Assembly: GCA_965275905.1 (NCBI GenBank)
Contig: CBDHYJ010000081.1
Location: 88,392 to 152,391 of the forward strand
Length of the DNA stretch: 64,000 nucleotides
Source: Hyphomicrobiales bacterium
Lineage (GTDB): Bacteria > Pseudomonadota > Alphaproteobacteria > Rhizobiales > JAJFHC01
Direction: 5' to 3'
The position numbers and the translations under genes are program-made. The notes under the pieces were generated by a model. That model was given only the letters and a program-made list of their open reading frames with translations, did no database searches and was not told where the DNA came from. This document shows positions 19,083 through 29,008 of the stretch, in pieces (positions within the stretch are counted from its first letter, which is position 1; the number at the start of each line of letters is the position of its first letter).

Positions 19083-20930
19083 ATGCTCAAGCGGACCCGT
19101 CGAAAGAGTATTATCGAACGAATGCAGAGATGGCTCTCATCCGGCCTCTTCAGTAGCGCGCCAGGACCAGTAACGGCTGGCCTTCTCGTCGCCCTGGTCA
19201 TGATCGCTCTGGCAATGGACCCCGAGGCCAACGCCGCCAAGTCGTCGCGCGAGGATGTGACCGCTGCAAGCGATGCACAGAACAAGGCGGCCGCTCAGAA
19301 CATGGGCGCCATCACGTCGGCGCTGTGGCACGGCACAGCCTTGCCCGAAAGAATTCCTGCAATCCTTAAACGTGACGACGTGGCCGTCTACCTGGCGGTG
19401 CGGAAGCAGGGCATCAGGATCGCGGACATCTGGACCCGGCCGGCAACCGGAATGGACGCCTTGCGAAGCGCGATCGACCAGGTGAAACGCAGCAGCCAGG
19501 CCGCCGCGACCGGAGAGGTGGCGGAGCTTGTTTTTGCGTATGCATTCAGGGCCGTTCCCCCGCCCAAGCAGAAGGCGGTTTTCTCGAATCTGTCACGAGG
19601 CATTTACGGTATCGAAATCAAACACGGCGAAACGCTGCAGCGCTTCAGCCCTACCCAGATGATCGCATCGAACCGCTCATTCGATCGCGTGATCAAGCGT
19701 TTCTCTGAACGCCACAAGGTCGACGTGGTCAACAATGCCGACGCACTCTCCATCAGGCGCTTTGCCGCTGAACAGTATCTCATACACCTCAAGTCGAACC
19801 ATCGTTCGGTGCGCATGTTTCGGGGCAACCGTCTGGTCCGCGATGATTTCGTGACACAGGGTGCAATCGCGTCTCTCGCGCAAAGGATGTCGGACTGGAT
19901 GATCCGGAATGTCCGTGACAGCGGGCGCATGACGTACAAATACTGGCCGAGTTCAGGCAAGGAATCGTCGGCGAACAACATGATCAGGCAGTGGATGGCT
20001 ACTGTCTCGCTTATCCGTGTCGGGCGTCACTACGGTGATCAGTCCGTATTCGAGACAGCGGGACGGAATATCGCCTACAACCTTCGCAAATTTTACATGG
20101 ATGACGGCACGTTCGGCTCAGTCGAATATGGCGGCAAGGCGAAACTCGGTGCGATCGCCCTCGCCGCGCTTGCGCTTCACGAGCACCCCGGCGGAGAGGC
20201 GCTCAGAACCATCGAACGCAGGTTGCGGAACACGGTCCTGAGGCTCCAGGCTGACGACGGTTCGTTCCGGACATTTCTCAAGCCGGCGAGCCGAAACGAC
20301 AATCAGAATTTCTATCCGGGCGAGGCACTGGTCTATCTGGCAAGTGTCTATGCGCAGACACAGGACGGCGATCTGCTCAAGAGGATCAGGAAGAGCATCG
20401 ATTATTACTGGCAGTGGCATCAGGACAACCGGAATCCCGCCTTCGTCCCCTGGCATACGATGGCCTACAGCCAGGTGTGGCGACAGACGCGCGACTCCGA
20501 TCTTGTCGACAAGATCTTTGCCATGAACGATTGGCTCCTCGGAATGCAGCAGCCCGCGTCAGAGCGCTTTCCCGATACCGACGGTCGTTTCTATGACCGT
20601 AAACGCCGCCAGTTCGGGCCGCCGCACGCCTCATCCACCGGCGTCTACCTGGAGAGCCTTATTCAGGCGTTCCGCGTCGCGCGGGAAACAGGAGACAACG
20701 TTCGGACCGAGAAGTACCGTATCGCCATTCTCCGCGGACTTCGCAGCCTGATGCAGCTCGAGTTCAGAGACAATGTCGACATGTTTTACGTCTCCAAACG
20801 TGATCTCGTTCGTGGCGGCATCCGCACGACGGTTTACGACAACACGATCCGCGTCGACAACGTTCAGCACAATCTGATGGCCGTTCTGGAAATCCTGAAC
20901 GCATTCGAACCCGCCGATTATCTGCCCTGA
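19083..20930 (+). CDS. Membrane-anchored or exported protein with AMMECR1-like N-domain and alpha/alpha-toroid-like C-domain
   Basis: Hydrophobic N-terminal segment; VYLAVRKQG and RGIYGIEI...FSP; C-terminal NNMIRQ, FYPGEA, IRVDNVQH; ATG abuts anti-sigma stop. Confidence 0.6.
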   Translation: MLKRTRRKSIIERMQRWLSSGLFSSAPGPVTAGLLVALVMIALAMDPEANAAKSSREDVTAASDAQNKAAAQNMGAITSALWHGTALPERIPAILKRDDVAVYLAVRKQGIRIADIWTRPATGMDALRSAIDQVKRSSQAAATGEVAELVFAYAFRAVPPPKQKAVFSNLSRGIYGIEIKHGETLQRFSPTQMIASNRSFDRVIKRFSERHKVDVVNNADALSIRRFAAEQYLIHLKSNHRSVRMFRGNRLVRDDFVTQGAIASLAQRMSDWMIRNVRDSGRMTYKYWPSSGKESSANNMIRQWMATVSLIRVGRHYGDQSVFETAGRNIAYNLRKFYMDDGTFGSVEYGGKAKLGAIALAALALHEHPGGEALRTIERRLRNTVLRLQADDGSFRTFLKPASRNDNQNFYPGEALVYLASVYAQTQDGDLLKRIRKSIDYYWQWHQDNRNPAFVPWHTMAYSQVWRQTRDSDLVDKIFAMNDWLLGMQQPASERFPDTDGRFYDRKRRQFGPPHASSTGVYLESLIQAFRVARETGDNVRTEKYRIAILRGLRSLMQLEFRDNVDMFYVSKRDLVRGGIRTTVYDNTIRVDNVQHNLMAVLEILNAFEPADYLP

Positions 20931-20934
20931 GCAC

Positions 20935-21966
20935 TCAAGGCAGCCAGGGAAGCGCCAGATACGGATGGTTCACCCAGTACCACCAGTTGTGGTGGAGAAA
21001 CTGGCTGACAAAGATCTGAACGACGAGGCCAAACCAGATCACGAGCAGAAGCAGGCTCCGAATGAGCCGCGTGAGCAACCAGGACCGATGCGGCGGCGTT
21101 CCGCTTGAGCCCCAACCCTCGACGAGTGAAGCAACCACGGTGCCTTGCCAGATACCCGCATCTTCACCGACCACGACCCGGCGTGCGGCGGAAGCATAGA
21201 GCCGGGCCGCCCATGCGCGCAGGATCAGCAAGGAAACGAACACGTACCCGCCGCCGAGAAACACAACCAAGGACTTGATGCCGTTGACCTCGTTTTCCGG
21301 AAGATCGGCAAACCCCGGAATCAGGCCCTCGACGAAGACCGGGAGCCCACGCAAGCCAAAGATCGGCAACGCGCCCAAAACCGAAAACGCGGCAAGCAGC
21401 ACATAGCCCCACCCCGCACCGCCGATAAGGCGCCTCACCCGCCGGGTTTCGAAAAATGCACGCCATTGCTGTTCCACCGCCTGATGCGCAAGGCCCATCG
21501 GCAGATAGATCATCACGAAGAGTCCGAGCGTAACGCCTAGCAGACCGACAACCGGACCGACCCAGGACTGTTCATAGCCCTTGTTGAACGAGTTTTCCCA
21601 GCCGGCCCACCAGGATAATAGCCATAGCGCCGTGAATGGCAGTGTCGCGAGCGCGAGACTGAGCAGACCGCCCGCACCGGTTCGAATGTTGTTCCAGAGG
21701 CCACCGAAGAGGCGGCCTCGCACTCCGGTGCCGCGCGCGCCGAGGATCCACCCCGCCGGCTGATGCTCGAATGATGCGTCAAGGCGGCGCAATGCTACGC
21801 GCCGCATAAGGCCCATGAGCCAGCCCAGCACGATGATCGCGGTCACCGGCGTCACGCAGAGCAGAGAACCGATCAGCAGATTTTTCAGTCCGCCGATCAG
21901 CCGCGCGAACAGGCCACGGCGCATTGGCGCGTCGATCCTCGCCGATATCACCGCCGCGTCCGCCAT
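20935..21966 (-). CDS. Multi-pass membrane protein (DUF4013-like)
   Basis: Several TM segments, AGWENSFNKGYEQ loop; TGATG overlap with upstream gene. Confidence 0.65.
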   Translation of the reverse strand: MADAAVISARIDAPMRRGLFARLIGGLKNLLIGSLLCVTPVTAIIVLGWLMGLMRRVALRRLDASFEHQPAGWILGARGTGVRGRLFGGLWNNIRTGAGGLLSLALATLPFTALWLLSWWAGWENSFNKGYEQSWVGPVVGLLGVTLGLFVMIYLPMGLAHQAVEQQWRAFFETRRVRRLIGGAGWGYVLLAAFSVLGALPIFGLRGLPVFVEGLIPGFADLPENEVNGIKSLVVFLGGGYVFVSLLILRAWAARLYASAARRVVVGEDAGIWQGTVVASLVEGWGSSGTPPHRSWLLTRLIRSLLLLVIWFGLVVQIFVSQFLHHNWWYWVNHPYLALPWLP

Positions 21967-23117
21967 CAAGCGAAGATCTCCGAAAGTGGACTGTCTTCGG
22001 CCGCTCTTGCCTCGAACCCCATGATCGCCGCCACCGTCGGAGCGATCGCAGTTTGATCGACAGCCTTGTCGAGGACCCTGTCCCGGACGATGCCAGGGCC
22101 GCAAACCAGAGCCCAGATTTCGTGCGCCGCGCGTGTGTTGAAATGATGCTGAAATGGCAGGGCCAGAAGCGGATTCGCGTCGCGGCCGCAGTCAGGCACG
22201 ACGACGAAAGCCGTGCGGTCGCGATAGTGCGGGTCGGAATCGACGGCCTTAACCAGACGGGCCAGGCCTTCGTCGATCACCGCGATCGCCCGCGTGTAAT
22301 GCGAAGCGTTGCCCCAGTGCACATAGTCCGGATCCTGGTAATTGATCATCATGAGCCGGGGCTTCAGCTCCGCCATGGCCCGCAGCGCCAGTTCCGTCAA
22401 CAGCCGGTCGCCGCGCGGATTGACAAGACCGCTGTCTCCATAGTGCTTCCGCCAGCCCGCCCAGAATTGCTCGATCGGTCCGGACTGCCTGGGCGCAACC
22501 TTGCGCGCATCCGCCGCCAGCAGCTTGTCGTATTCCTTCCTTGCGTCGGCAAGCGCCTCATCCGTTCCCTGCCCGGCCTTGAGAATCTGCGCCAGCTTGT
22601 AGAGCTTGAACCGGTGCAGGCTCAGCATTTCCGAGCGGTAGGAGATACCGTAGTGACGGTGCACACCGTAGGTGAAGAACTCTTCCTGCGGGCGATCCTC
22701 GCCGTTGACCAGCAGAGCCTGGTGTGACGGCACATTGAACGCCTGCCTGAAATATTCGAAAAGCGTCGGCTGCGTCGGCTCGAGGCGGTCGCGCAGGAAC
22801 TTCGAGCCGGCGTCGCGGTAGCCAAGATACCGGCCGGTCAGGATGTTCAGCGTGCCCTCGGCATGAGAGGTCTCGACACCATCGAGCTGCGCGATCGTCA
22901 CGTTGGGAATTAACACACCGCGCTTCGCCATGGTGTTCAGAAAGAACGGTGCGTGCGTATGCCTGGGGTCTATCGTCTCGCGCCGCCTCACGCCGCCGCC
23001 GAAACGCACGATTATGACGTTTGGCCCGGTATACGCGGCCGCCGTCGCACTGACAGGCGCCAGAGACGTCCCGATGCCCGCGGCAAGACCGGCGTTGAAT
23101 GTCCGGCGGTCGATCAT
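21966..23117 (-). CDS. Tat-exported alkaline-phosphatase-superfamily-like protein
   Basis: IDRRTF Tat signal; PNVIIVRFGGGVR, DPDYVHWG, VPDCGR, DQTAIAPTVA. Confidence 0.6.
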   Translation of the reverse strand: MIDRRTFNAGLAAGIGTSLAPVSATAAAYTGPNVIIVRFGGGVRRRETIDPRHTHAPFFLNTMAKRGVLIPNVTIAQLDGVETSHAEGTLNILTGRYLGYRDAGSKFLRDRLEPTQPTLFEYFRQAFNVPSHQALLVNGEDRPQEEFFTYGVHRHYGISYRSEMLSLHRFKLYKLAQILKAGQGTDEALADARKEYDKLLAADARKVAPRQSGPIEQFWAGWRKHYGDSGLVNPRGDRLLTELALRAMAELKPRLMMINYQDPDYVHWGNASHYTRAIAVIDEGLARLVKAVDSDPHYRDRTAFVVVPDCGRDANPLLALPFQHHFNTRAAHEIWALVCGPGIVRDRVLDKAVDQTAIAPTVAAIMGFEARAAEDSPLSEIFA

Positions 23118-23304
23118 CTGCTCGTGTCCCTCCTTTGCCGCTACCGCAAAATCCGGGCATCCCGCAGCTCTGACGGACTGCCGATGCCAGAGTGAAATCG
23201 CAAAGGCGGACAGACCGTCGTGCAAATGATGCAAAGGCGATCATTGCACTTTCGGCCTGAACGGCCGATGAACCGTTTCGAACCAGTCGTCCGGCGCCCC
23301 AGGG

Positions 23305-23592
23305 TCAGACGCCCTGGACCAGAATCGCGTCGCCGCGGGAGATCTTCAGACGCAGTTCCCGTGCGTCCGCGTACTCCTCCGAGTGATACCAGGACTGCGC
23401 GGCGTCGACCGAAGGGAATTCGATGACCACGACGCGCTGGTGAGCCATTTCGCCTTCCAGCACGTCAACAGGTCCTCCCCGGACGAGAAACCTGCCGCCG
23501 AAATGCTCGATCGACTTAGGCGACATCGACTTGTAGCGGTCGAAAGCGTCCTGATCGAAGACGGTCTCCTGAAAGATCACATACCCTTTCAC
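23305..23592 (-). CDS. DUF1330 protein
   Basis: GGRFLVRGG, VIEFPS, WYHSEEY; AGGAGG RBS before GTG. Confidence 0.9.
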   Translation of the reverse strand: MKGYVIFQETVFDQDAFDRYKSMSPKSIEHFGGRFLVRGGPVDVLEGEMAHQRVVVIEFPSVDAAQSWYHSEEYADARELRLKISRGDAILVQGV

Positions 23593-23605
23593 GGCAGGCC
23601 CTCCT

Positions 23606-23902
23606 TTACCCTCCGGAAACGGCGGGAACGACAAACACTTCCGCTCCCGGCGACAGCCTGGTGTCCAGGACCGCGCGCTCGCCGTCCACGAAGATGTTCA
23701 CATGACGCCGGATCTGCGGCGTGGAATCGCACAACCGGTCCCGCATGCCCGGCCACCGCGCGTCCAGTTCGTCGAGCAGATCACCGACTGTACCGGCCGA
23801 AATCTGAAGCTCGCTACGGGCGCCCGGAAAGAGGCTGACCAGCGCCGACGTGAGCACGACATTTACCGTCGGCTGATCCGGCAGGGATGCGTCGTCCGGC
23901 AT
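23606..23902 (-). CDS. MoaD/ThiS family ubiquitin-like protein
   Basis: RRHVNIFVDG, C-terminal PAVSGG. Confidence 0.9.
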   Translation of the reverse strand: MPDDASLPDQPTVNVVLTSALVSLFPGARSELQISAGTVGDLLDELDARWPGMRDRLCDSTPQIRRHVNIFVDGERAVLDTRLSPGAEVFVVPAVSGG

Positions 23903-23928
23903 GACTGTCTCTCTCCTCGTCCCGGCCT

Positions 23929-24994
23929 TCACTCCACGACCAGCGTCTCAACCGACAGGATTGACGGCAGATGCTGCGCGATGCACTGCCAGCTTTCGCC
24001 CTCATCCGCGCTGGCAAAGAGCGAGCCGGAACTTGTGCCGAAATACACACCGGCCGGCTCCATACTGTCCGTGGTCATGGCCTGGCGCAAGACGCCCAGA
24101 TAGGCGTTTTCCTGTGGCAGGCCTTCGCGCAGGTCCTGCCAGGTCTCGCCACGGTCCCGCGTCCGCCAGACCGCGGTCTTGCCGTCCGGCAATGTCCCCG
24201 TTCAACGGCAGCAGGAACAGCGTGTCCGGATCGCGCGGGTGGACCGCGGCCGGGAATCCGAAGGTCGACGGCAGCCCCTCCTCGATACTCTCCCAGTTCA
24301 GTCCGCCGTCCTCGCTGCGATACATGCCGCAGTGGTTCTGCTGGTAGAGCCGGTCCGGCTTGCCTGGCGCCATGACAAGGCAGTGCACGCACTGGCCGTA
24401 TTCCGGATACCTGTGCCCTTCCGGCATGAAGTCGGCTCTGGTGCCCGTGTTTCTCGGCTGCCAGGAGGTGCCTCCATCGGCCGTGTGGAAAACGCCCGCC
24501 GTCGAAATCCCGACCCAGATCTGCTGATCGTCGCCGGGGTGCTGCACGAGGGAATGAAGGATCAGTCCGCCGCCGCCTGGCTCCCAGTCCTGCCGGGACG
24601 GATGCTCGCGAAGCCCGGCAATGTGCTGCCACGTCTCCCCGTCGTCATCGCTCCGGAACAGCCCTGCCGGTTCGACGCCCGCATAGAGACGTCCGTTTCC
24701 CGGGCTCAGGCTCCAGACCGATTTGATCGGCTCCTCGCCCGGCTGATAGGCCAGTCCCTCGCTCGAATGCGACCACGTCGAACCGAGATCGTCCGATTTC
24801 CACACCGCCGGCCCGAACCACTCGTTGCCGCCGCCGCCGTAGATGGTTCCGCTTTCCTCGTCGGCTATGACATGGTTCATGGGCCAGCATTCGCAGTACG
24901 GGCCCCGCAACTGCCACGACGTGCGGTCTTCATCGCCATCGAGGACGAACGCGCCCTTCTTCGTGCCCAGAAGGATCAGGAGTTTCCTGCCCAT
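23929..24994 (-). pseudogene. BNR/Asp-box beta-propeller protein, frameshifted near 24185
   Basis: Asp-box repeats (SDDLGSTW, SDDDGETW, SEDGGLNW) continue in a second frame (TRDRGETW, SADEGESW); may be an assembly artefact. Confidence 0.85.
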
Positions 24995-25053
24995 CGTCGA
25001 CCTCCCTCGTCTGATCGACTTTCAGGATAACATCATATGACGACGTCAATGCG

Positions 25054-25944
25054 TCACACGGCGGACGCATTCCAGGATCGCGCCTCGTCGACGATCCAGT
25101 CCCTGAAGGCCCGCAGCGCCGGATTGGACAGTGCATCAACGGGATAGACCAGGAAGTAGCCGTACTCGCTCAGGGCATCTGAAGAGATGTAAAACAGATT
25201 GCCGGCGTCAAGCTCGGGGCGGACAAGTTCGTCATAGAGCGCAACCCCCTGGCCATCGATCACGGCCTGAACGCGGACATTGGGATCAGGGATCACGAGC
25301 CCGTCCCGCGCCGACCGGTAAGGCAGGCCCGCCACCCGGTGCCAGTCCCGCCACGCCGGACTGCCCTCCCGGTCGCGCAGCAGGGTGAGCCCGGGCAGGA
25401 CGGCTTCCAGTCCCCTTTCGCCGACGTCTTCGGCGATCGCTTGGCCGGCGGTCGGAATGGCCGGGCACCGGAACAGGCGCTCCACCTCCATGTCCCTCCA
25501 GTCACCGTTGCCCCACCGTATCGCCATGTCGATGGCCTGCGCACGCAGGTCGAACAGATCGATCAGGGGCTGCAGCCGCAGTGTTATGTCGGGATGGTCC
25601 GCCATGAAGGTCATCAGACGCGGCGACAGCCAGCGCGACGCGAAGTAAGTCGCCATGCCGATGGTTATGCTGTCGGCCCTCTCCTCCCTCAGGCGCCCGA
25701 TCTCCTGCTCGACATCGTGGAATGCCGCCTGGGAGACGTGCCACAGCCGTTTGCCTTTCTCGGTCAGCGCGATACCGCGATGCAGACGGGTGAAGACCGG
25801 AAACCCGAGTTCCTCTTCAAGGCGCGCGATCTGGTAGCTGACCGCGCCCTTGGTCAGATTCAACTCGTCCGCCGCGGTGGTGAAGCTTGAATGCCTCGCC
25901 ACGACATCGAATACGCGAAGGTTTTCATAGGATCGAAAGCGCAT
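25054..25944 (-). CDS. LysR family regulator (GcvA-like)
   Basis: SFTTAADELNLTKGAVSYQIARLEEELG; WLSPRL. Confidence 0.95.
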   Translation of the reverse strand: MRFRSYENLRVFDVVARHSSFTTAADELNLTKGAVSYQIARLEEELGFPVFTRLHRGIALTEKGKRLWHVSQAAFHDVEQEIGRLREERADSITIGMATYFASRWLSPRLMTFMADHPDITLRLQPLIDLFDLRAQAIDMAIRWGNGDWRDMEVERLFRCPAIPTAGQAIAEDVGERGLEAVLPGLTLLRDREGSPAWRDWHRVAGLPYRSARDGLVIPDPNVRVQAVIDGQGVALYDELVRPELDAGNLFYISSDALSEYGYFLVYPVDALSNPALRAFRDWIVDEARSWNASAV

Positions 25945-25952
25945 CCATTCCG

Positions 25953-25995
25953 TTTAAATTAATTAAACTAACTGAGCAAATCATTTGGATTGCGG
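25953..25995. promoter_or_regulatory. AT-rich LysR-type binding region in a divergent promoter
   Basis: TTTAAATTAATTAAACTAA between lysR and the mttB-like gene. Confidence 0.5.
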
Positions 25996-26108
25996 CGCGC
26001 ATGAAGCCTGTGATTTGCTGCATTTGCGTTCAGGATTGCCGGCAGCCCGGAAACTTGCGTCGACTCTATAGGATTTTCGAACAGAATATTTGATCGGGTG
26101 GATTGACG

Positions 26109-27680
26109 ATGATCGGCCTGGAAACCACAGAGCATGCACGTTCACACGCACCGCACGGTAACCGCCGCGGCGGCAGAACGGCCCGCGTAGCGAGGCGCGC
26201 CGCGGGGAGAGCCCCGACGGCGCCAGCGGTGCTGAAGCGAAACGTGCCGGTGTACAACCTGCTCGACGAGGAAGAACTCCGGAGGCTTGAAGCGCAGGCC
26301 GACTGGATCCTGAAGGAGATCGGCGTCGAGTTTCACGGCGACGAGGAGTCGCTCTCCCTGTTTCAGGACGCCGGCGCGTCCGTTGACGGGCACAGGGTCA
26401 GATTTGACGAGGGACTCGTCCGGTCGCTCTGCCGGACCGCCCCGCAACAGTTCCGGATGCATGGCCGGGATCCGGCGCGGACCATCACGGTCGGCGGCGA
26501 TCATGTCGTTCTGACACCGGCATACGGTCCGCCCTTCGTCACGGACCTCGACGATGGGCGCCGTTACGCAACGATCGAGGACTTCCGGAACTTCGTGAAG
26601 CTGGGTTACGCGACGCCCTGGCTGCATCATTCGGGCGGCACGGTCTGCGAACCGGTCGACATACCGGTGAACAAGCGTCATCTCGACATGGTCTACGGGC
26701 ATCTGCGCTTCTCCACCAAGCCGTTCATGGGGTCGGTGACCGCCCCGGAGCGGGCCGAGGATTCGATCTCCATGGCGCGTATCGTTTTCGGCGACGCGTA
26801 CCTGGACGATCATTGCGTCATCCAGGGCAACATCAACGTCAATTCACCCCTGGCGTTCGACGACACAATGACCGGCGCGCTCAAGGCCTACGCCCGCGCC
26901 AATCAGGGCGTGGTGCTGTCACCGTTCATCCTGGGCGGCGCCATGGGCCCGGTGACGCAGCCGGCCCTCATCGCACAATCCCATGCGGAAGCCATGGTCG
27001 GCATCGCCCTCACCCAGCTCGTGCGGAAGGGCGCACCCGTCGTTTACGGCAATTTCCTCACGACCATGAACCTCAAGACGGGGGCGCCGACCTTCGGCAC
27101 GCCGGAAGCCACGCTTTCGACCTACGCCATCGGCCAGCTATGCCGGCGTCTCGGCCTGCCCCTGCGGTGCGGCGGTCACCTCACGGCGTCGAAGGTGGCG
27201 GACGGACAGGCCATGCAGGAGTCGGCCGACAGCATGAACGCCGGGCTGATGGCGGGCGCCAACTTCATACTGCACGCGGCAGGCTGGCTGGAGGGCGGCC
27301 TCTCCATGGGATACGAGAAGTTCGTTATCGACCTCGACCGCTGCGGCATGATGCACCGCGCCGCCGCGGGCCTCACTCTGAATGAAAATGAACTGGGTAC
27401 GGCCGCATTCCGGCAGGCCGGCCCAGGCGAGAACTTCTTCGGAACGGAACATACCCTCGAGAACTTCGAAACGGCCAATTACATGTCCGAGCTCGCCGAC
27501 ACCCGGTCCTTTGAGCAGTGGTCCGAGGACGGCGCCGAGACGATCGAAGTTCGCGCCAACCGGCAGTGGAAGAAGATGCTGGCCGAATTCGAAGCGCCGG
27601 CCATCGATCCCGCCATTGATGAAGCTCTCCTTGATTTCGTGGAGCGCAAGAAACGCTCCGCCCCGGACCAGTGGTTCTGA
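26109..27680 (+). CDS. Trimethylamine methyltransferase (MttB) family protein, non-pyrrolysine
   Basis: NVNSPL, GAMGPVT, GAPTFGTPE, HAAGWLEGGL; no in-frame amber codon. Confidence 0.93.
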   Translation: MIGLETTEHARSHAPHGNRRGGRTARVARRAAGRAPTAPAVLKRNVPVYNLLDEEELRRLEAQADWILKEIGVEFHGDEESLSLFQDAGASVDGHRVRFDEGLVRSLCRTAPQQFRMHGRDPARTITVGGDHVVLTPAYGPPFVTDLDDGRRYATIEDFRNFVKLGYATPWLHHSGGTVCEPVDIPVNKRHLDMVYGHLRFSTKPFMGSVTAPERAEDSISMARIVFGDAYLDDHCVIQGNINVNSPLAFDDTMTGALKAYARANQGVVLSPFILGGAMGPVTQPALIAQSHAEAMVGIALTQLVRKGAPVVYGNFLTTMNLKTGAPTFGTPEATLSTYAIGQLCRRLGLPLRCGGHLTASKVADGQAMQESADSMNAGLMAGANFILHAAGWLEGGLSMGYEKFVIDLDRCGMMHRAAAGLTLNENELGTAAFRQAGPGENFFGTEHTLENFETANYMSELADTRSFEQWSEDGAETIEVRANRQWKKMLAEFEAPAIDPAIDEALLDFVERKKRSAPDQWF

Positions 27681-27739
27681 CGGTCGTCGCCGCCGATCCC
27701 GATCGATGCGACCGGCCATCTGCAGAAGGAACAATCGAA

Positions 27740-28843
27740 ATGACTGAATCGACGCGCGAATCCGCCCTCGCCTCACGACACCGCGCCCTGGGATCGGATC
27801 TTGAGGACTGGAACGGCATGGGCACGGCCTGGAGCTACAGCACGAACCCGAACGACGAGCATGATGCCGTGCGCGAGGCGGCCGGCCTGTTCGACATGTC
27901 GCCGCTGAAAAAAGTGTTCCTGAGGGGCCCGGATGCGGAGAAAGTCGCCGACCATGTCATGACCCGCGACATGTCGCGGGTGACACCGGGAAAAGCCGCG
28001 TACGGCGCCGTCCTGACCGAACGCGGAACCGTCTGTGACGATGCCATCGTCGCCAATAACGGCGGTGATGAATGGATGCTCTGCCACGGCTCGGGCGAGA
28101 GCATGGAGCGCCTGACGGAATCCGCGCAAGGGCTGAATGTCGACGTCGAACTCGACGACGACCTGCACAACATTTCGCTGCAGGGTCCGAAAGCACTGAG
28201 CCTGCTCAATGCCAATTCGTCGACTGACCTGTCCGCGCTGCCCTATTTCGGGCACCACGGGACCGAACTGTTCGGTCACAAGTGCCACGTCTCCCGGACC
28301 GGCTATTCCGGCGAGCGCGGCTACGAGATTTTCGCCGACCGTGCGGTCGTCGGCAACCTCTGGGACAATATCCTCGGTCACGGGGAAGCGGACGGCGTCA
28401 TGCCGTGTTCGTTCGCGGCCCTGGACAAGGTCCGGGTCGAGGCGGGCCTGCTTTTCTTCGGCTATGACATGACGGACGAGCATTCCCCCTGGGAGGTCGG
28501 CCTCGGGTTCACCGTCAGCCGCAAGAAGCCGGACTTCCGGGGCCGGAACGCGGCGTTCGACCTTGAAGGCAGGGAACGCTTCGTGCTGGCGGGCATCAGC
28601 GCCGATCATGATGACATGCTTGCCGGCGGTGAACGGCTGCTTCATGACGGCACGGACGTTGGCGTGGTCAACAGCCCGGCCTGGTCGCACCGCATGAACA
28701 AGTCCCTCGCCCTCGTTCATCTGAGCCCTTCTGCCGCGGCCGCCGGCACGACACTTCAGGTCCTGGGCGACGGGATCGACTGCTCCGCGGTCGTTGAAAC
28801 CATTCCCTTCTTCGATCCCGGCAAGACAAGGACGCACGCCTAG
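27740..28843 (+). CDS. Aminomethyltransferase (GcvT-like) family protein
   Basis: AGLFDMS, LQGPKA, SRTGYSGERGYEI, RVEAGL, PFFDP. Confidence 0.92.
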   Translation: MTESTRESALASRHRALGSDLEDWNGMGTAWSYSTNPNDEHDAVREAAGLFDMSPLKKVFLRGPDAEKVADHVMTRDMSRVTPGKAAYGAVLTERGTVCDDAIVANNGGDEWMLCHGSGESMERLTESAQGLNVDVELDDDLHNISLQGPKALSLLNANSSTDLSALPYFGHHGTELFGHKCHVSRTGYSGERGYEIFADRAVVGNLWDNILGHGEADGVMPCSFAALDKVRVEAGLLFFGYDMTDEHSPWEVGLGFTVSRKKPDFRGRNAAFDLEGRERFVLAGISADHDDMLAGGERLLHDGTDVGVVNSPAWSHRMNKSLALVHLSPSAAAAGTTLQVLGDGIDCSAVVETIPFFDPGKTRTHA

Positions 28844-29008
28844 CACCCATTCCGGTCGTGCAGATTCACCGAAACGCCGCGTAACGCCGACACGGCCTCA
28901 AGCATCCAACCGTCCGGACAGTTCGACATTCGTGCGATCCGGGCCCACACTGTCAGGTGGCCCGGTCGCGCGAAGTGGCGCAACACGGGCAGAAAGGACG
29001 GCAGGGCA

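Noticed and set aside
26109-27680. Pyrrolysine recoding in the MttB homolog
   Set aside because: The ORF is uninterrupted, with no in-frame TAG.
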